A stretch of 64,000 nt of DNA from Eledone cirrhosa (GCA_964016885.1 OZ024741.1:338334001-338398000), one strand, 5' to 3'; positions 37,731-53,508 are shown, counted from the stretch's first letter. Notes: generated from the letters alone by a model not told the origin. A program made the numbers and translations.

Positions 37731-38246
37731 ATATATATATATATATACAGTGGCGGACTGGACAGGTTGCCAGGTTGCCCAATGACAAAAATAAAAAAAA
37801 ATTAAGTAAAGCAATTAGTTAACGAATTCCCCAGGGAATTAATAGAAACCAAAATATACGATAGTGTAAATAGCTGGAATCAATGGTTGTACATTCTACT
37901 AAATCTAAAGCTTAGAAAATCTATTCCTGAGTCCAACCATTCTCGTTGCTGTGGTAATGCGGCTGGACTGCCGATCGCTATATTTGATTTGCTAAGCTGT
38001 CTAAACGTATTGTTATTACTCTGGGGTACTATTCCCATTCGAGTGCTAAAGCTACATACCGAATTTGCATTCGTTAGCTTGGCCGCAAACAAAGGCTTCG
38101 TTAATGCTGTACTAAAATTTGTATATATATATATATACTTGAGGGCGGCCGACCGGGGTAGAAGCTGCTAAATGTTCGGTCGCCCTCATGTCTCTGATTT
38201 TCAGCCCCATGAATTGTGTCTATTATATTCCTTTGTTATATTTCGA

Positions 38247-38304
38247 ATACCTGATGATGTCACCGGATTCATACTGAACCCAGTCATTGAAATGATCATA
38301 GTAT
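38247..38304 (+). ncRNA. Minimal hammerhead with palindromic stem III
   Basis: ATAC CTGATGA [imperfect stem II] GAA ATGATCAT A GTAT. Confidence 0.68.
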
Positions 38305-38349
38305 AATAAACCTTTTAAGGAATTACACCAGTCCAGCCTCCTGTTATTT

Positions 38350-38388
<39 letters not shown>

Positions 38389-38390
<2 letters not shown>

Positions 38391-39240
38391 CACAAGTATG
38401 ACCCCGACGGCAGAGCTCAAGCCGTTTCGACGGCTATTTCTGGATTATTTTTGTATTAGTATTTTTCTATTAATATTTTTGTATTAATATTTTGTATTAG
38501 TATTTTTGTAGTAGTATTTTAGTATTTTTCTTCTCAACTTATTAACCTGTCATTGTAAGATAGCATTGGCTGATTACTAACTAACTATAGCAGTGATGTT
38601 AGACCCCCTGTAAAGCCGGCTTTAATTCTTTCACTACAATCTCGTATTTAGTATTTTTCCCACTCTCCACCTATTAAACTTTTCTATAGCTTAGCAATAC
38701 CAAAGAGAAACTGGGTGATTGTGGAAATGGAGTAGTAACCAGAAATTGTTTTTTATATATTTATTTCCTTATTCTTCTATTGGGCTTTTTTTACTCCCTT
38801 TCAATTTACCTATTCTTTCAACCACCTCTTCTTCTCCAGTACACTTTTTTCGACCTTTTATACACTATCCTTAGAATCTGCTGTATAGATTTCTCTTTCA
38901 ACGCTTGACTGGGTTTCCCCCACTCCCTCTTTGTTCTACCGGCAAGTTCAGCCACCCCTACCTCCCACCAAATGCCATGATAGATTCATCTGTCTTTACA
39001 ACAAATGTTTGACCAATCCTCTTGACAATTACTATCTTCCCATATAAGGAAATACCCCCTGAGAAGTTCGGCTATTTATTTACCAGGCTAAAAATTCTTA
39101 TTTAGTCCAGAAATAGCTGTCGAAACGGCTTGAGCTCTGCCGACGGGGTCATACTTGTTCCTATTACCCACTCTACTACCCTAAGTATTGAGTACTTTGG
39201 TGTGTTATGGTCCATCTGGTTCCTTACCACAATTCCTTCG
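38389..39240 (+). mobile_element. PLE-like remnant with inverted terminal duplication (same family at ~5275-5900, minus)
   Basis: 38389-38444 is the reverse complement of ~39106-39161; decayed hammerhead-like fold. Confidence 0.6.
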
Positions 39241-40303
39241 TTATATATATATAAGAAAGTAAGTTCATAGAATCAATTGATAAAATATATACAGTATTTC
39301 TTCTCCCAATCAGCATAATCAACCACATAAAAAATCAATTAAACGAGGCTATAAGTTTAAAATGTACCTATGAAGAAACAATAGATAAATAAATGATACC
39401 TATTTTATCCGCGATCCACAGCCACAGAAAATTTACCGAGTATTTCTAATAGCCCGTAGAAATTGACTAGACATATAGTTAACCATACACAATTCGGTAC
39501 AAAATCAAAGTTAGAAGAAAAAAATGTACATAAACATACCAAAATCATGTTTCTACCTCCGAAGGTTTCATTCGCTTTTTGGAAATATCCGATCATGGAT
39601 AAATCAACGAGTTTCGAAATCATCAGGAAACAAACTCAATTGGACAAAGATTTTTCTTAAATGATCCCCGCCAGAAACGAATTCAAAATGGCTAAGAATT
39701 GTCACATGGCTAGTAGTCAAGTCAGAAAGCTTGTGATTGGTGCCTGACGGCGAGTAGGCTGGTTGCTAGAAAGCGCAGCCGAATACTGCCTAAAGTTTTA
39801 TTCAACCTTACGAGAGTATATAAAATATAGAGGTTTACATATACATAAACTAGACAGAGCCATAGATATATGTCTAGTTTATGTACACTATGTGGACTAT
39901 GTATTGAAGAACGGATAAATATTCTAAGGAAATTACGCAATAGCGATTGCCTAAATTCAAGGAATGAAATCTTCTCACGTTGTCCACACGTCTGGAAACA
40001 TCTCTTGCATAACTACAAGCTCTAGATTGAATAACAGCAACATTTAATATTCTAATCAACTTATTCCGGACATTCACAGTTATCTCCCTTACACCTTACG
40101 CCCGTGGTTTTGTATCGCTTGGGTGAAGTGACCGTTTCTGCGCATGCGCGTTCATACGGTTGTTTTTCCTGTTCCGTATAACCATTACCAGTCCGAGCTG
40201 AAGATCCGCATAAGGTGAAACAATAGTTCTCGGTATGGTGAACTAACTGTCGTGTTACTAGTTCTACCAAACTTACTTCTTTTTTCAGCAAACAAAGGGA
40301 GAT

Positions 40304-40349
40304 AAGCTGACAGATCTCTGTTTCGTACTGTTGGTACTCCTCAGAGCTT
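40304..40349 (-). ncRNA. Hammerhead ribozyme, type I, canonical core
   Basis: AAGCT CTGAGGA GTAC-CAACA-GTAC GAA ACAGA-GA-TCTGT C AGCTT; GUC cleavage site; stem I extendable over 40271-40384. Confidence 0.88.
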
Positions 40350-40598
40350 ACCACTCCCTTTGTTTGCTGAAAAAAGAAGTAAGTGACATAGTCTTCAAAA
40401 TGCTTTTAATTAAGCATACAGTGTATTGCAAAATACACTATATATACATTCATATATATATATCGCTATTTCAGAGCACCAATTCTAATTTTCAATTTTT
40501 GCTGGACCGGCAACAGTTCTGTATAATCAGTTCCTCATTATTACTGGAATTCTATAAGAATCCAACGTTCATAATTTTCAGCAAACAAAGGGAGTGGT

Positions 40599-40635
40599 AA
40601 GCTCTGAGGAGTACGAAACAGATATCTGTCAGCTT
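40599..40635 (+). ncRNA. Hammerhead ribozyme copy with collapsed stem II
   Basis: AAGCT CTGAGGA GTAC GAA ACAGATATCTGT C AGCTT. Confidence 0.7.
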
Positions 40636-40772
40636 ATCTCCCTTTGTTTGCTGAAAAAAGAAGTAAGTGACATAGTCACTACTTTAAAACAATAGCGTAA
40701 GGTCTTCAAAATGCTTTTAATTAAGCATACAGTGTATTGTAAAATACACTATATATACATTCATATATATAT

Positions 40773-42412
40773 TAGAGTGTGCCATAAAAAGCTCCCTGTG
40801 TATTTTCCCATTATAAATGCCTCAATTGGTAAAATAAAACATATTTTGTATAAAATAAATTATTTTGATTCTTACCTATATCATGGTGATTATAGTGGAA
40901 AGTGTGATTATGTTGCATGAAATCATGAAAATGTGAAACCAAATATGACCATACAATAATTGTTTATTTTATTAATCCATTATATTTAATAAACCAGCTT
41001 TGAATATAAAGGCGTACAAGGAAGAAACAAGTTCAGTTAAGTTAACTCCAGTCATATTTTTTTCAGAGTTTCTTTTTTGAAATCCGGGACCTTACGACGA
41101 TGAGCTTCGACTACTTGAAGAACACACTGCTTCTCCTCCTCATTCTTGGTGATGGCAACAAAATCAGTTATCAACTTGACTGCTCTCTCCGCCAGATCGT
41201 TGACTACCTTGATATTGTGAACAACAGCACATGCATTTTGATATGACGCTTGTGATGACCAAGTTGCAGGTTACAGTTCAAGCCAAGTATCGTCGAGACC
41301 AAGGAGATCGAACAGAAGCCTTGATTTCTTCCCAACTAGATGAGGCAGCTTCGTGGACGACTTCAACTCGGGAAATACTGGAGCACCACGGTCGAGAGGC
41401 CCAGACGTTTTCGTTTTGACAAGACGTTGGGCTATTTGTTTCTTCTCGGACTCTTGGACCCGACTTGAAAACAGCGCTAGCGGAATGGCTTCCTCCGTCA
41501 GGTACCAAAGATGCCTGCTCAGAGCAGTAGTGGCTGCCTGCGAGAGACCTGTCAACCTTACTGTACTGTGTCAACTTCAACTAGAATTGAAGGTCATTGG
41601 ATGGTGCATCAGCACACTTGACTGCTATCAGCCAGTATCGCACGTAGAACAGAGCATTGAACATACAGATCCGGCGCAACCTTTCCATTTTAGCTTGATC
41701 GTAATTGAGTCGCTCACCAAATGCATACATCTTTGCACTATAGATGATTGTGGACACCAGAGATACTTTTTTCTGGCAACGCAGGGTTTCGAGAAATGTA
41801 GCATCTTCCATTTTCTGTTCATTATTACGAAGACGGTCTTTCAAAATTTTCTTTTCAACATCAGTATGTGCAATGTAGAAATACGAATCCAATTCAGAAA
41901 TAAATAGTGCTTCCTTTTCTTTGTTTGACTTAGAAACTTTGTTTTTTTTGTAAATTTCTATATTCACTGTACATGTTCATAATTTTCAGTTTCACTTTGT
42001 CTTTTCGTTAAGTCGCCACACCAGCTTTTTCACACTGACTAACTACTTCCATCACAAGCCTATCCGCAATAACACCATTGAAGCTCACATGCTTTTTGTG
42101 TTTCATAGGACCATCTTTCAGGTAGAAGAAATATCTTGTTGGTATTTTGTTTGGTGTAAAGGATGTAACATATTGCCCCAGGAGCCATATTTCTCGATCA
42201 TCACAACGTCACAACGGAGCGAGTATCTACAACTAGGCCCACTGGTTTCCGCCATTATTCTGCAAATTTGCAACTGTTAGGCAAGGCTTAAATTGTCTGA
42301 AATAATCAAAATTACATTATAAATTGATAATATACAAAATGGCATGAGAAAATGGATAGGGAGCTAAGAAATAAACACTTTTGTGTAAAATGTGGGATTC
42401 TGGAACACCCTA
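40773..42412 (-). mobile_element. hAT-superfamily (hATm-like) DNA transposon, internally deleted transposase
   Basis: Termini TAGAGTGTGCCA / TGGAACACCCTA set in (TA)n; remnants SAKMYAF, APSNDL, RHLWYLTEE, KVVNDLAERAVKLITDF, LQVVEAHRR; subgroup assigned from memory. Confidence 0.75.
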
Positions 42413-42512
<100 letters not shown>

Positions 42513-43109
42513 TGTTATACTTGGGGAGGGTCATATTTGCGTAATATTGCCAGAATTAATAACAGAACACACTCACTGTTTGGTTGGTTTTCGCTTATCG
42601 CTGTCTTTTATTATATCTGCGATCTAACTTACTCGGTCCTCAATGTTGCCATTGACTGACCGGCGGTCAAAAATAATACAGATACAATATAGACACAAAC
42701 ACATATATATATATATAGTTTACATAATTTACATAAATCTTTCGTTGCACAGACTGAATAAAAAATGGCGTAGACATACAACACAACAGGAGGAACAATG
42801 AATATAACACCACTGACGATGTTGCAGATGTGCAACGAAAGATTTATGTAAATTATGTAAACTATATATATATATATGTGTTTGTGTCTATATTGTATCT
42901 GTATTATTTTTGACCGCCGGTCAGTCAATGGCAACATTGAGGACCGAGTAAGTTAGATCGCAGATATAATAAAAGACAGCGAGAAGCGAAAACCAACCAA
43001 ACAGTGAGTGTGTTCTGTTATTAATTCTGGCAATATTACGCAAATATGACCCTCCCCAAGTATAACAATATCTGTTTCGACACACGATTTCATATAAAAA
43101 ACCTCGCAA

Positions 43110-43182
<73 letters not shown>

Positions 43183-43297
43183 GGTGTTCCAGAGTCCCAC
43201 ATTTTACACAAAAGTGTTTTTTTCTTAGCTCCCTATCCATTTTCTCATGCCATTTTGTATATTATCAATTTATAATGTGATTTTGATTATTTCAGAC

Positions 43298-43345
<48 letters not shown>

Positions 43346-43824
43346 CCCGTTTGACCTGTGCGAAATTCTTTCCTTACTCACATTTCGACCAGGTTGGATG
43401 GTCTTTTTTCTCTCTCGTCCACGATTTCACAGAACTTATGTTCATCGATTTCAGGGACTTGACTCCTTCTTCCTCCCGTTTGACCTGTGCGAAATTCTTT
43501 CCTTACTCACATTTCGACCAGGTTGAATGGTCTTTTTTCTCTCTCGTCCACGATTTCACAGATCTTATGTTCATCGATTTCAGAGACTTGACTCCTTCTT
43601 CCTCACTTTTCGTTGCATTACCATCTTTGTTTGTTTACTGTCTCGCTCGTTCCCCCTATTTACGTATCCCAACGACTTTCTTTAGCCGTTGCTTGCACCA
43701 ACCAGAGGTATATGGTCTTTATAGCGATGAAATACCAATGAAGGCTGGAAGATCTCTAATGAAGTACTAAATTTATTCATATGTAACCCATTTGCAACCA
43801 CGCAGCACGTCATGTTTTCATATT

Positions 43825-43879
<55 letters not shown>

Positions 43880-44772
43880 TAATAGATTAAAGTTTAAGCA
43901 AAGAATCGATGCTTTCACCCTTAACGGGATCTTCTGAAACTAAAAAAAAGTCAATCTGTGAAAGCAGAAGTAAATAAAGACCATGTGACCCCTGCGCCGC
44001 TGAGGCCCTGGAAATACTCTACGCCAAAGACCACATCTTAAACAAAAAATCTGAGGCTATTTCAGCTTGTAAACATAAATTGCACAAAACTTTCCTGTAT
44101 TACAGCCCCACATTATACGCTAACGGATAATACGAACTATACGCGGATATTTTACATCTTGATGTGGTAGCTAAATATATGTTATGTTTATACCATTACT
44201 TATTTGTATAGGTAAGTATATATTTCCTGTATGTTTAGTGAAGGTATGTATACTTTCTCGTACGTATATTTGCTTGTATATGTTATGGCGTATATATTAT
44301 ATATACTGGTACATTTTCATTTGGTTTGTGTATACGTGAGTTTTGCGTCTATGTGAGTATGCGGGTTCGTGTGTAGGGTGTGTGTGTATGTGTACGTTGT
44401 GTTTTGGTTGACATACGTCTGCGAACATATGTGTATTTACATGTAGGTATGTGTGTGAGCGCGTTATATACGTATTTATGTGTGTATATTTATTGACGTT
44501 TATTTAATTATATGTACACACACATATATATATATTTTTTTTTAATATATATTTTTGAAATATTTACTTCTGCGTTCACAGATTGACTTTTTTAGTTTCA
44601 GAAGATCCCGTTAAGGGTGAAAGCAGCGATTCTTTGCTTAAACTTTAATCTGTTATTTTAATAAATATTTGCTCTACGGTTCTTATATATTTGATATATA
44701 TTTATCCTTATCGAACCCTCTTTGGATTTTAGTCTTCAAATTTATTATTATTACTATTATTATTATTATTAC

Positions 44773-44888
<116 letters not shown>

Positions 44889-45206
44889 GAGAGAGAGAGA
44901 GAGAATAAAAATGGCGTAGACATACAATACAACAGGAGGAAACATAATAGTACCACTGATGATGTTGCAGATGTGCGACGAAAAAACTTTGACTATATAT
45001 ATATATGTATTTATATCTGTATTTTTTACCGTTGGTCAGTCAATGATAAACATTGATTGCTGAATTAATTAACTATGGAGATATAAAAGATACAGAAGCG
45101 AAAACCAACCAAACAGTGAGTTCTGTTATTATTTCTGGCAATAGTATTACAATATCTGTTTCGACACACGATTTCATATAAACCTCGCAAAACTAATTCA
45201 TCGCCG

Positions 45207-45308
<102 letters not shown>

Positions 45309-45629
45309 ATAGTCGTCCCATCTTTTTCTCCTTCATCTCAAAATTTCCTTTTCTCTTTCACCATGTCCCAACTCACTCCCGCCCACCCTATTTCACCACC
45401 ATTGCCACATCAACCAATCATACCTCTGCAGCACAAACTAGCAACCAGCTAACTCAATCTCCTCCTAGGACAGTTGTTTTTTGATCTGATGCTTGTTTCT
45501 GTATGGCTTATGGATTACTAAGTTGGAGCATTACTAATCGACAAATATGAACCCACCAACCACTTCTGGACCATCGCACAATTGTTGTTCTTCTTTATTT
45601 CAGGCGTGTAAAACCAACACCAACTCTAC

Positions 45630-47822
45630 CACGGGGATCCCCGGGGCTTACGGGAACGGTCCTAGAAACGAGAAAGGCTTCAGACTACTGGAATTCTGTG
45701 ACACCAATGACCTATTTATTAGTAACACGAATTTCAGAAAACGAAACAGCCGCCCAATCACATATAAATCAGGTGACCTCGCCAGCCAAATTGATTTCAT
45801 TGTTACTAGAAGACGAGACAGACTGGCTGTTAGGAACACAAAGTCCCTCCTCGCTGAAGAATGAACCTCCCAACAAAACCTAGTAGTTAACGACCTTATT
45901 GTTAGGTCTAGAAGAACTCAAAAACAGAAGCCAACCTAGAGGAGACGAGTATGGAAGTTAAAAGACCCATCAAACAATGACAAATTTAGGTAGCAGCAGC
46001 ATCGTAAACTGCTACAAGGGAAAAGGAGATGCCCTAGATAGAGAAAACTATAGAGGCATTAAATTGGTTGACCAGGTTATGAAGGTCAGCTGATTAGAGA
46101 ATATGTTAACATAGATGAAATGCAGTTTGGATTTGTCCCAGGTAAGAGTACCACAGATACCCTCTTCCTTGTAAGACAACTGCAGAAGTACCTAGCTAAG
46201 AGTAAGCCCCTCTACCTGGCTTTTGTCGACCTTGAAAAAGCTTTTGACGGAGTCCATCGTTCCATTATCTTGTTGGCTCTTAGGAAACTAGAAGTTGACA
46301 AATGGCCTGTGAGGACAATTCAAGTAATGTATAGAAGAACAACCAATAAGGTGAGACATAACAATGACTATAGTGAAGAATTTAGCGTGCAGGTTGGTAT
46401 CCATCAGGGCTCTGTTCTTAGCCCTCTTCTGTTTATTATCGTTCTGTAGACAATAACGGAGGAGTTTAAGACCGGCTGCCCATGGGAACTTCTGTATGCT
46501 GATGACCTAACCCTTATAGACGAATCTATAGCTGAACTAGGGATGAAATTCCAGACCTGGAAGTAAGGCCTAGAATCTAAAGGTCTGAAAGTCAACCTGG
46601 CAAAGTCTAAAGTCCTAATAGGTAGAAGGGATAGAAAGGCCCAGATCTCCTCTGGGAAATGGCCCTGCTTAGTGTGCAGAAAAAGATTACCTAGGTAGAA
46701 ATTCCATTCTATGTACCAAATGCAAGCAATGGGTACACAAGAGATGTAATGGGATCTCAGGCAGGCTAACAAAGAATATAGGTTTTACTTGTGCACAGGG
46801 GCAGTAAGTAACAAGAACCCTCAGAATACAACCACCTTCAAATGCTCAAAGGGATCGGTTGAAGTGGTAGATAATTTCCGTTACCTGAGTGACTAAATCT
46901 GTAGTTAGGGAGGGTGTTCTGAAAGCACAGTAACCAGAGTGAGATCGGGTTAGAGTAAATTCAAGGAGGTACTACCGTTACTAGCTACAAAAGGTTTTTC
47001 TCTCAAAATGAAAGGCAGACTGTATGATGCATGTATACGAACAACAATGTTGCACAGCAGCGAGACCTGGGCACTGTGTGCTTAGAACCTGCGAAGATTG
47101 GAAAGAAATGAAGCCCCAAGCTTCGCTGGATGTGCAATAGCAATATACGTGAACGGCAAAGTATAAATATACTGCGTGAGAAATTAGTCATAAGAAGGTT
47201 CAGTTGTTGCATGCAGGAGAGGAGATTGCGTTGGTATGGACAAATGATGCGTATGAAGGATGACAGCTGTATAAGGTGCAGAGTGCTAAAAGTCGATGGT
47301 AGTTGAGGTGTGGACAGGCCTAAAAAGACTTGGGATGAGATAAAAAAAAAAGCTGACCTTGCACAATTACACCTCACAAAGGCAATGACACAGGACCGCG
47401 ACCTCTGGCGTTACGCAATTTTACAGAAGGCCCACTCTCAGGATGAGGCTTATACCTAGTAGGCAACACCTTCCTCAACATTCTATATCATCTTATTCAC
47501 CTCCCTAAGCGGTAACCTTACTACCCTGTCCACATTTTCCCCAAGCTTCCTCGCCCCACCATCCCTAGTCACACGACAAAAGAACACAGGCCCCACTGTA
47601 AAGTGGTCGTCTCAGTGTCACGACAAAACGTGCCCAGTCCTCACTGTAAAGTGGTCGTGTAGGTGTCACGACAAAAAGCACCCAGCACCCACTGTAAATG
47701 TGGTTGGCGGTAGGAAGGACACCCAGCTGTAGAAACCAAGCCAATATCTGCCCCAGGTGAGCTAAACAAGGGCCAATCCATCCTACCCATGAATGATGGA
47801 CGCTAATCGACGAGGTTGATGA
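45630..47822 (+). mobile_element. Decayed RTE LINE (duplicate of 2490-4680)
   Basis: Near-identical to the copy A element. Confidence 0.9.
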
Positions 47823-47911
47823 TATATTTATGTGTGTATATTATATGAAGTGTGTATGTATGTGTATGATATGTGTATGTATATTACATATATAGTATAT
47901 GTATATGCACG

Positions 47912-48078
<167 letters not shown>

Positions 48079-48109
48079 TATATCATATCATTATCATGAT
48101 ATGTGCATG

Positions 48110-48219
<110 letters not shown>

Positions 48220-48538
48220 GTATTATGCTGGTACCACAAAACATCCAGCCCACACTGTAAAGTTATCGTGTAGGTGTCACGACAAAAAGCACCCAGCCGA
48301 CACTGTCAATGTGGCTGGTGTTAGGAAGGACATCCAGCCGTAGAAGACCAGCCAGAAACACTCATATATGAGCGAGAGACGGTCACCCGACCCAACTTGC
48401 CTCTAAATGGGACAAACCCATCTAACCCATTCTAGCCTGGAAGATAGACGTTAATCGATGATGATGATGATAATGATGATGTTGATGTTGATGATGATAT
48501 GTGTGTGTGTCTGTGTATGTGTGTGTGTGTGTGTGTGT

Positions 48539-48580
<42 letters not shown>

Positions 48581-50051
48581 CAGATAGGGTGCGGTAAAAT
48601 ACTAGGTGGACCATAACCCACCAGAGTAATCGATACTTGAGGTAGTAGAGTGGGTAATATGAAAAGATTCAGGGCCGCGACGGCTGAGCTCCGGCCGTTT
48701 CGACAGCTAGATCCGAACTAAGCCACCCGTATTAGAACGGTGGGAATGTAGCTGAACTTGTCAACGGGTGCAGTCCATATATGGGCATGCAGTCAAAGCA
48801 AAAAAGCAAAAAATCTAAGCAAAAAATCTTAAAAGTTTGTTGTTTTTCTTGTTTTTCTCCAGGAGTGGTCAGTGATCTGGAGTGGGGGTTACCTTAGATC
48901 AAATGGCTCGTTTCGTCCTGCTAAATGTCGTGTATATAGTTTATTACCTTTTTAACAGGGGGTGGGGGAGCTAGACAGACCGAAATACAAGGGGGAAGGG
49001 GTTAGTAGACAAACTGACCTGAAAGTGCCAAGCCAGTCAGGTGAGCACACACGCCATTAAGAGAGATTTTTTATCCTAAACAATTATTTCTAATATGTAG
49101 AAACTTCAATTCAAGAGGGAAAAAAACAAAGGAGAGAAAATATAATTTCGGCATATATAAGTCAAAGTGGATAGCGTAGTGTACTTATGTTTTTATAAGT
49201 TTGCTTTATCTTACACTTTGCTAAAAGGCTAAGCATTTATAATTTATTACTAATTCAGCTCCTCATAGAGAAATGTAGTTATCAATTACTCTATGGCGCG
49301 GGCTCTCTAGTACTGTTGTAAATTAGCTAACGTTCTATAGCAAAGTAAATTCCTCAAAAAGCCTGAAAGTGTCAATTTAACATGTATGTCAAAGCTATCG
49401 CCAAATATTGGCAAAAGGAAAGAACTTAGAGATACTTTCCCTAAACTACCAAAGGAGATACTTTTTCCCAAATTACCGAAGGGAAAACTTTGAGATAACG
49501 GTCTTCAACCTAAAGGGAGAGAACCTCCGGATATCTTTCCCCAAACCTCCAAGAGAGAAGCATTAGTGATACTTTCCCCAAACTGCCCAAGGGAGAGAAC
49601 TTCGACATATTTTCCCAAAACTTCCCATGGGAGGGAACTCCGAGATACTTTTCCTTAAACTACAGTAAGAGAGAGAATTTCAAGATACCTTTCCCAAATC
49701 TACCGAATCATAGGCTTATTATAAAAGCCCCAGAATACATTTATGGGGAATTTGCAGAAAGATGTGGAGAGGTTTCAGAACAGAATTTATGAAAAACTCA
49801 CATATCAACCATTCACATGTATATGTATATCATATATATATATGTATAAGTATGTACACGTACATACATATATGTATACAGACGTACAGTAGTATGTATA
49901 TATATATACATACATGCGCACATATATATATGTACGTATGGATTCACCGAACATTTATTATAATGCTCGGTGTGTTTGTAAACAAACATCCCGTATTAAG
50001 CCGTAGTGTCCAGCAACCATCGTTGCTCGTTTGTTCAACACTGACAAAGGA

Positions 50052-50094
50052 ACGCTGTACTAGTTTCGAGCTTATTAGCTATCGTCAGCAACGT
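50052..50094 (-). ncRNA. Minimal hammerhead (duplicate of 6721-6763)
   Basis: Identical sequence. Confidence 0.8.
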
Positions 50095-52637
50095 ATACCT
50101 TCCTACCAGATTGTTGAACGTATATACTTACCTTATGCATATTAAAGGCTGAGTGGCCCAATTTGCATATCGAGTGGGTTAATCGACCGGGTGCACCGAA
50201 AACGATAAACGGAAAAAATGAAACGAAATTTCATTTCCCACTCTTAGTACGGCTGTTACTTAAATATAAGTATGTACACGTACATACATATATGTATACA
50301 GACGTACAGTAGTATGTATATATACATACACGCACACATATATATATGTACGTATGGCTTAATACGGGATGTTTGTTTACAAACACACCGAGCATTATAA
50401 TAAATGTTCGGTGAATCCATACGTACATATATATATGTGTGTGCATGTATGTATATATATATATATACATACTACTGTACGTCTGTATACATATATGTAT
50501 GTACGTGTACATACTTATATTTAAGTAACAGCCGTACTAAGAGTGGGAAATGAAATTTCGTGTCATTTTTTCCGTTTATATATATATGTATATTATACAT
50601 ATTTCGATTTTTGTAGTGGTCTTTTTCTTTCTCTAGGGATTTTACCCGACTTTTATAAGCTATTTTACAGCAACTGTCTGTATTCACAGTTATTTTCTGC
50701 ATCTAAGCTGCCTACGTCTTATAAATACATGTGTGTATGCGTGTATCCTTCAATAGAAACAACGTAAGTATCCTCTCTCTCACTTACTCCTTCCCACCCA
50801 ACAACAGCTGAAAGTATAAATCACCATGGGAGCAAGGATGGTGGTTTAACGACTTCAGATAACTAGATATAAACGTGGCAGCCATCAGCAAGACCAGAAT
50901 TTCTTAGTTAGACCCATTCACAGCCATCTTCAATGGTTAGAATATGTATTACATTTTGTTGTCAGCCTACATCAGGGAGTGAAGTAGCTGTATTATTTCT
51001 GACATGAGCATCAACAACGGTGGTGCCTTCAGACAGGAACAAGGTTTTCAGGCATCTTTGGGTGTCTAGAAACATTCTGAGGAATGTCCTGCTCTTTAAT
51101 ACTAGAGACTGAAATGACATCTTAGACGCGTCGAGATTGTGTGGGGAGGATGAGGGAATAATTGATGGGAGGATGGTGCAATAGTGTCATAAAACTGTTC
51201 AGACCTTTCCAAATATCTGGCAGGAACTGACTGGGTCTCCTGAAGATGTCATCTAGATTGTATCTAAATAGTCAGTAGACAAGATTAGAGTAGAGTATCC
51301 ACATTTTCAACTGGTTGACTACACAGACCACAAATCTTTTAACTGCATGGTTGACCTAGATATAACACAGAAGCAAAAACTCTGCTACTGGGAGCTGAAC
51401 ACATCTGTCCCTGCAGGTAAAGCCTACAGAAACTGGATTAGTGACTTAGTTAAGTGGCAACTGACAGGGGCTATCTACAACAACTGATAGTTGATTAATT
51501 TAAAGAGCAATTAGCATAGAATCAATAAGGTTTATTAAAGAAATAGCTTCTGGATTTGCGACCAGTATTTAGCATCTGTAATGGAAAGGCCAATGGAAAC
51601 ATTGTTTACTTGGTCAGATTAGACAAGTTCCACTTCACTCGTTAAACAAATGAGGTCTGTGTGTGTGTGTAAACAGTAAACAGAAATAGCAAATTAGTAG
51701 GGAAATCAAATTAGATGTAGGGGAGGCTAGAGAACAATTTAGAGGGAGAAATTCAGAAAGTCATTGCAACTAACATGTTAGTAATAAGAATATCAAAACA
51801 CAAAGGCTGTGTTCTCTGAGCTAATGCACTTGCTCTAAGACAGGATGGAATGAAAGCATTCAATAGAACTGAGTCACATAGGATAATATGGCAAGAAAAC
51901 TATAATAGGTCTTTGACCGATTGGTGTAAACACATGCTACTCGATGTCAAGTAGATGTATGTGCCTATTTAGCCACATTTTGCTCTACTGTTCAAGGTGA
52001 ATGGTGGATGTGGACTGAAGATAGTTGTGAACTTTAGTGGCTTGAAGTGGATTTTATCAGAAAATGCAAAGTGCTGCAAAAAAGCAAATAACAGCAGCTG
52101 AAATACAGATGGTGATAAGTAGTTATATGAGAGGCAGATCATCTGGTTTAGATAGTCTGCCCTATGAGTTTTACATATATATTTGCCAGTCTTATTCACT
52201 AACGACTTGGCTAATGTCTTAGATGTGTGTGCTTGAGGTTGGTAGCACTGCTGAGAAAAGGGATGAACAAAGGGGACAATAGTCATCATTTCCAGTTCAT
52301 AAATGCAGCATTTAAGATTTTGGCCAGGTGTACGGCTCAAAATCTTCAATACGTTCAATGTTAGCATCATCATTATTGACTAGTTCAAAAATAAAAAGAG
52401 ACAAATTTTGCTGAAAATTGCTTTATTGATGTCTTAAGTTTCTATATATATATACATATATAATTGTGTGTGTGTGTGTATGTGTGTGTGTGTGTATTCA
52501 TATATATATATATATATATATACATATATATATTACAATTATTTATTAGAATTACTAGAACTTAGATATAGCAGTATTATTGTTGATGTAAAAGTAGTTT
52601 CCGTGAAGCATTGTGTTTCTGATAGTTATTTTGTCGT

Positions 52638-53190
52638 TTAGAAATTGCTGCATTTGGAAAAGTGCACCTGAAAAACAACAACCATATCATTAGAAAAAAC
52701 ATTATTTTCAGTTGAGAATCCAAAACTTATTACCAACATTAACTTGGTAATAAATATTTGTAGTTATTATATTTTGCATTGCTTCCTTGTAACAAGCATG
52801 TCTTATGTAACTGTGTGTGACAGAGTGTGTTTGTGTGTATGTGTACATTCGTGTGGGCACATGTGTGTGTGTGCACATGCATGTGTGTGTGTGTGTGCAT
52901 ATGTGTGTGTATGTGTGTGCATGTGTGTGTGTGCCCATGTGTGTGTGTGTACGCATGTGTGTGCCCATGTGTGCATGTATTCTCTACCCCTATGCATAGG
53001 GGTAGAGAATGTGCTTATGTCTGTGTGTAAGTATGTGTGTGTGTGTGCATACAAGTCAAAGCATAGCGTCCGAAACGTTAAGACCCTCTTCCTGCTATTT
53101 CAAGCGTTAACCTAATATATTCCTTCCATATACTGTACCGATTGTGTTGTTATTTGTGTTTACCTTTTACATAGATATATATATACATAC

Positions 53191-53222
<32 letters not shown>

Positions 53223-53508
53223 GTTAGGAAGGCAAGGCTGTGTGGTCACTGAGAACGAGTGATAGAAGGAAAGGTGACACAAACAAGAGATGAAAAGTTT
53301 CCCTTCGGCAGCTGTTTACCACGGGTCATGCATGTTTTGGTGTATTATAAACAGAACATTGATCCATAGCGCACCCATGGCCTTTTATCTATAAAAAGGC
53401 CATGAGGGAAAGAAGTGATAGCGAAGAGAGAGAAAGAAAGAAAAAAGGGAAGAAGAAAAAAAGGAAAAAAACGAAGTAAACATACCAACATATATATGTA
53501 TATATATA

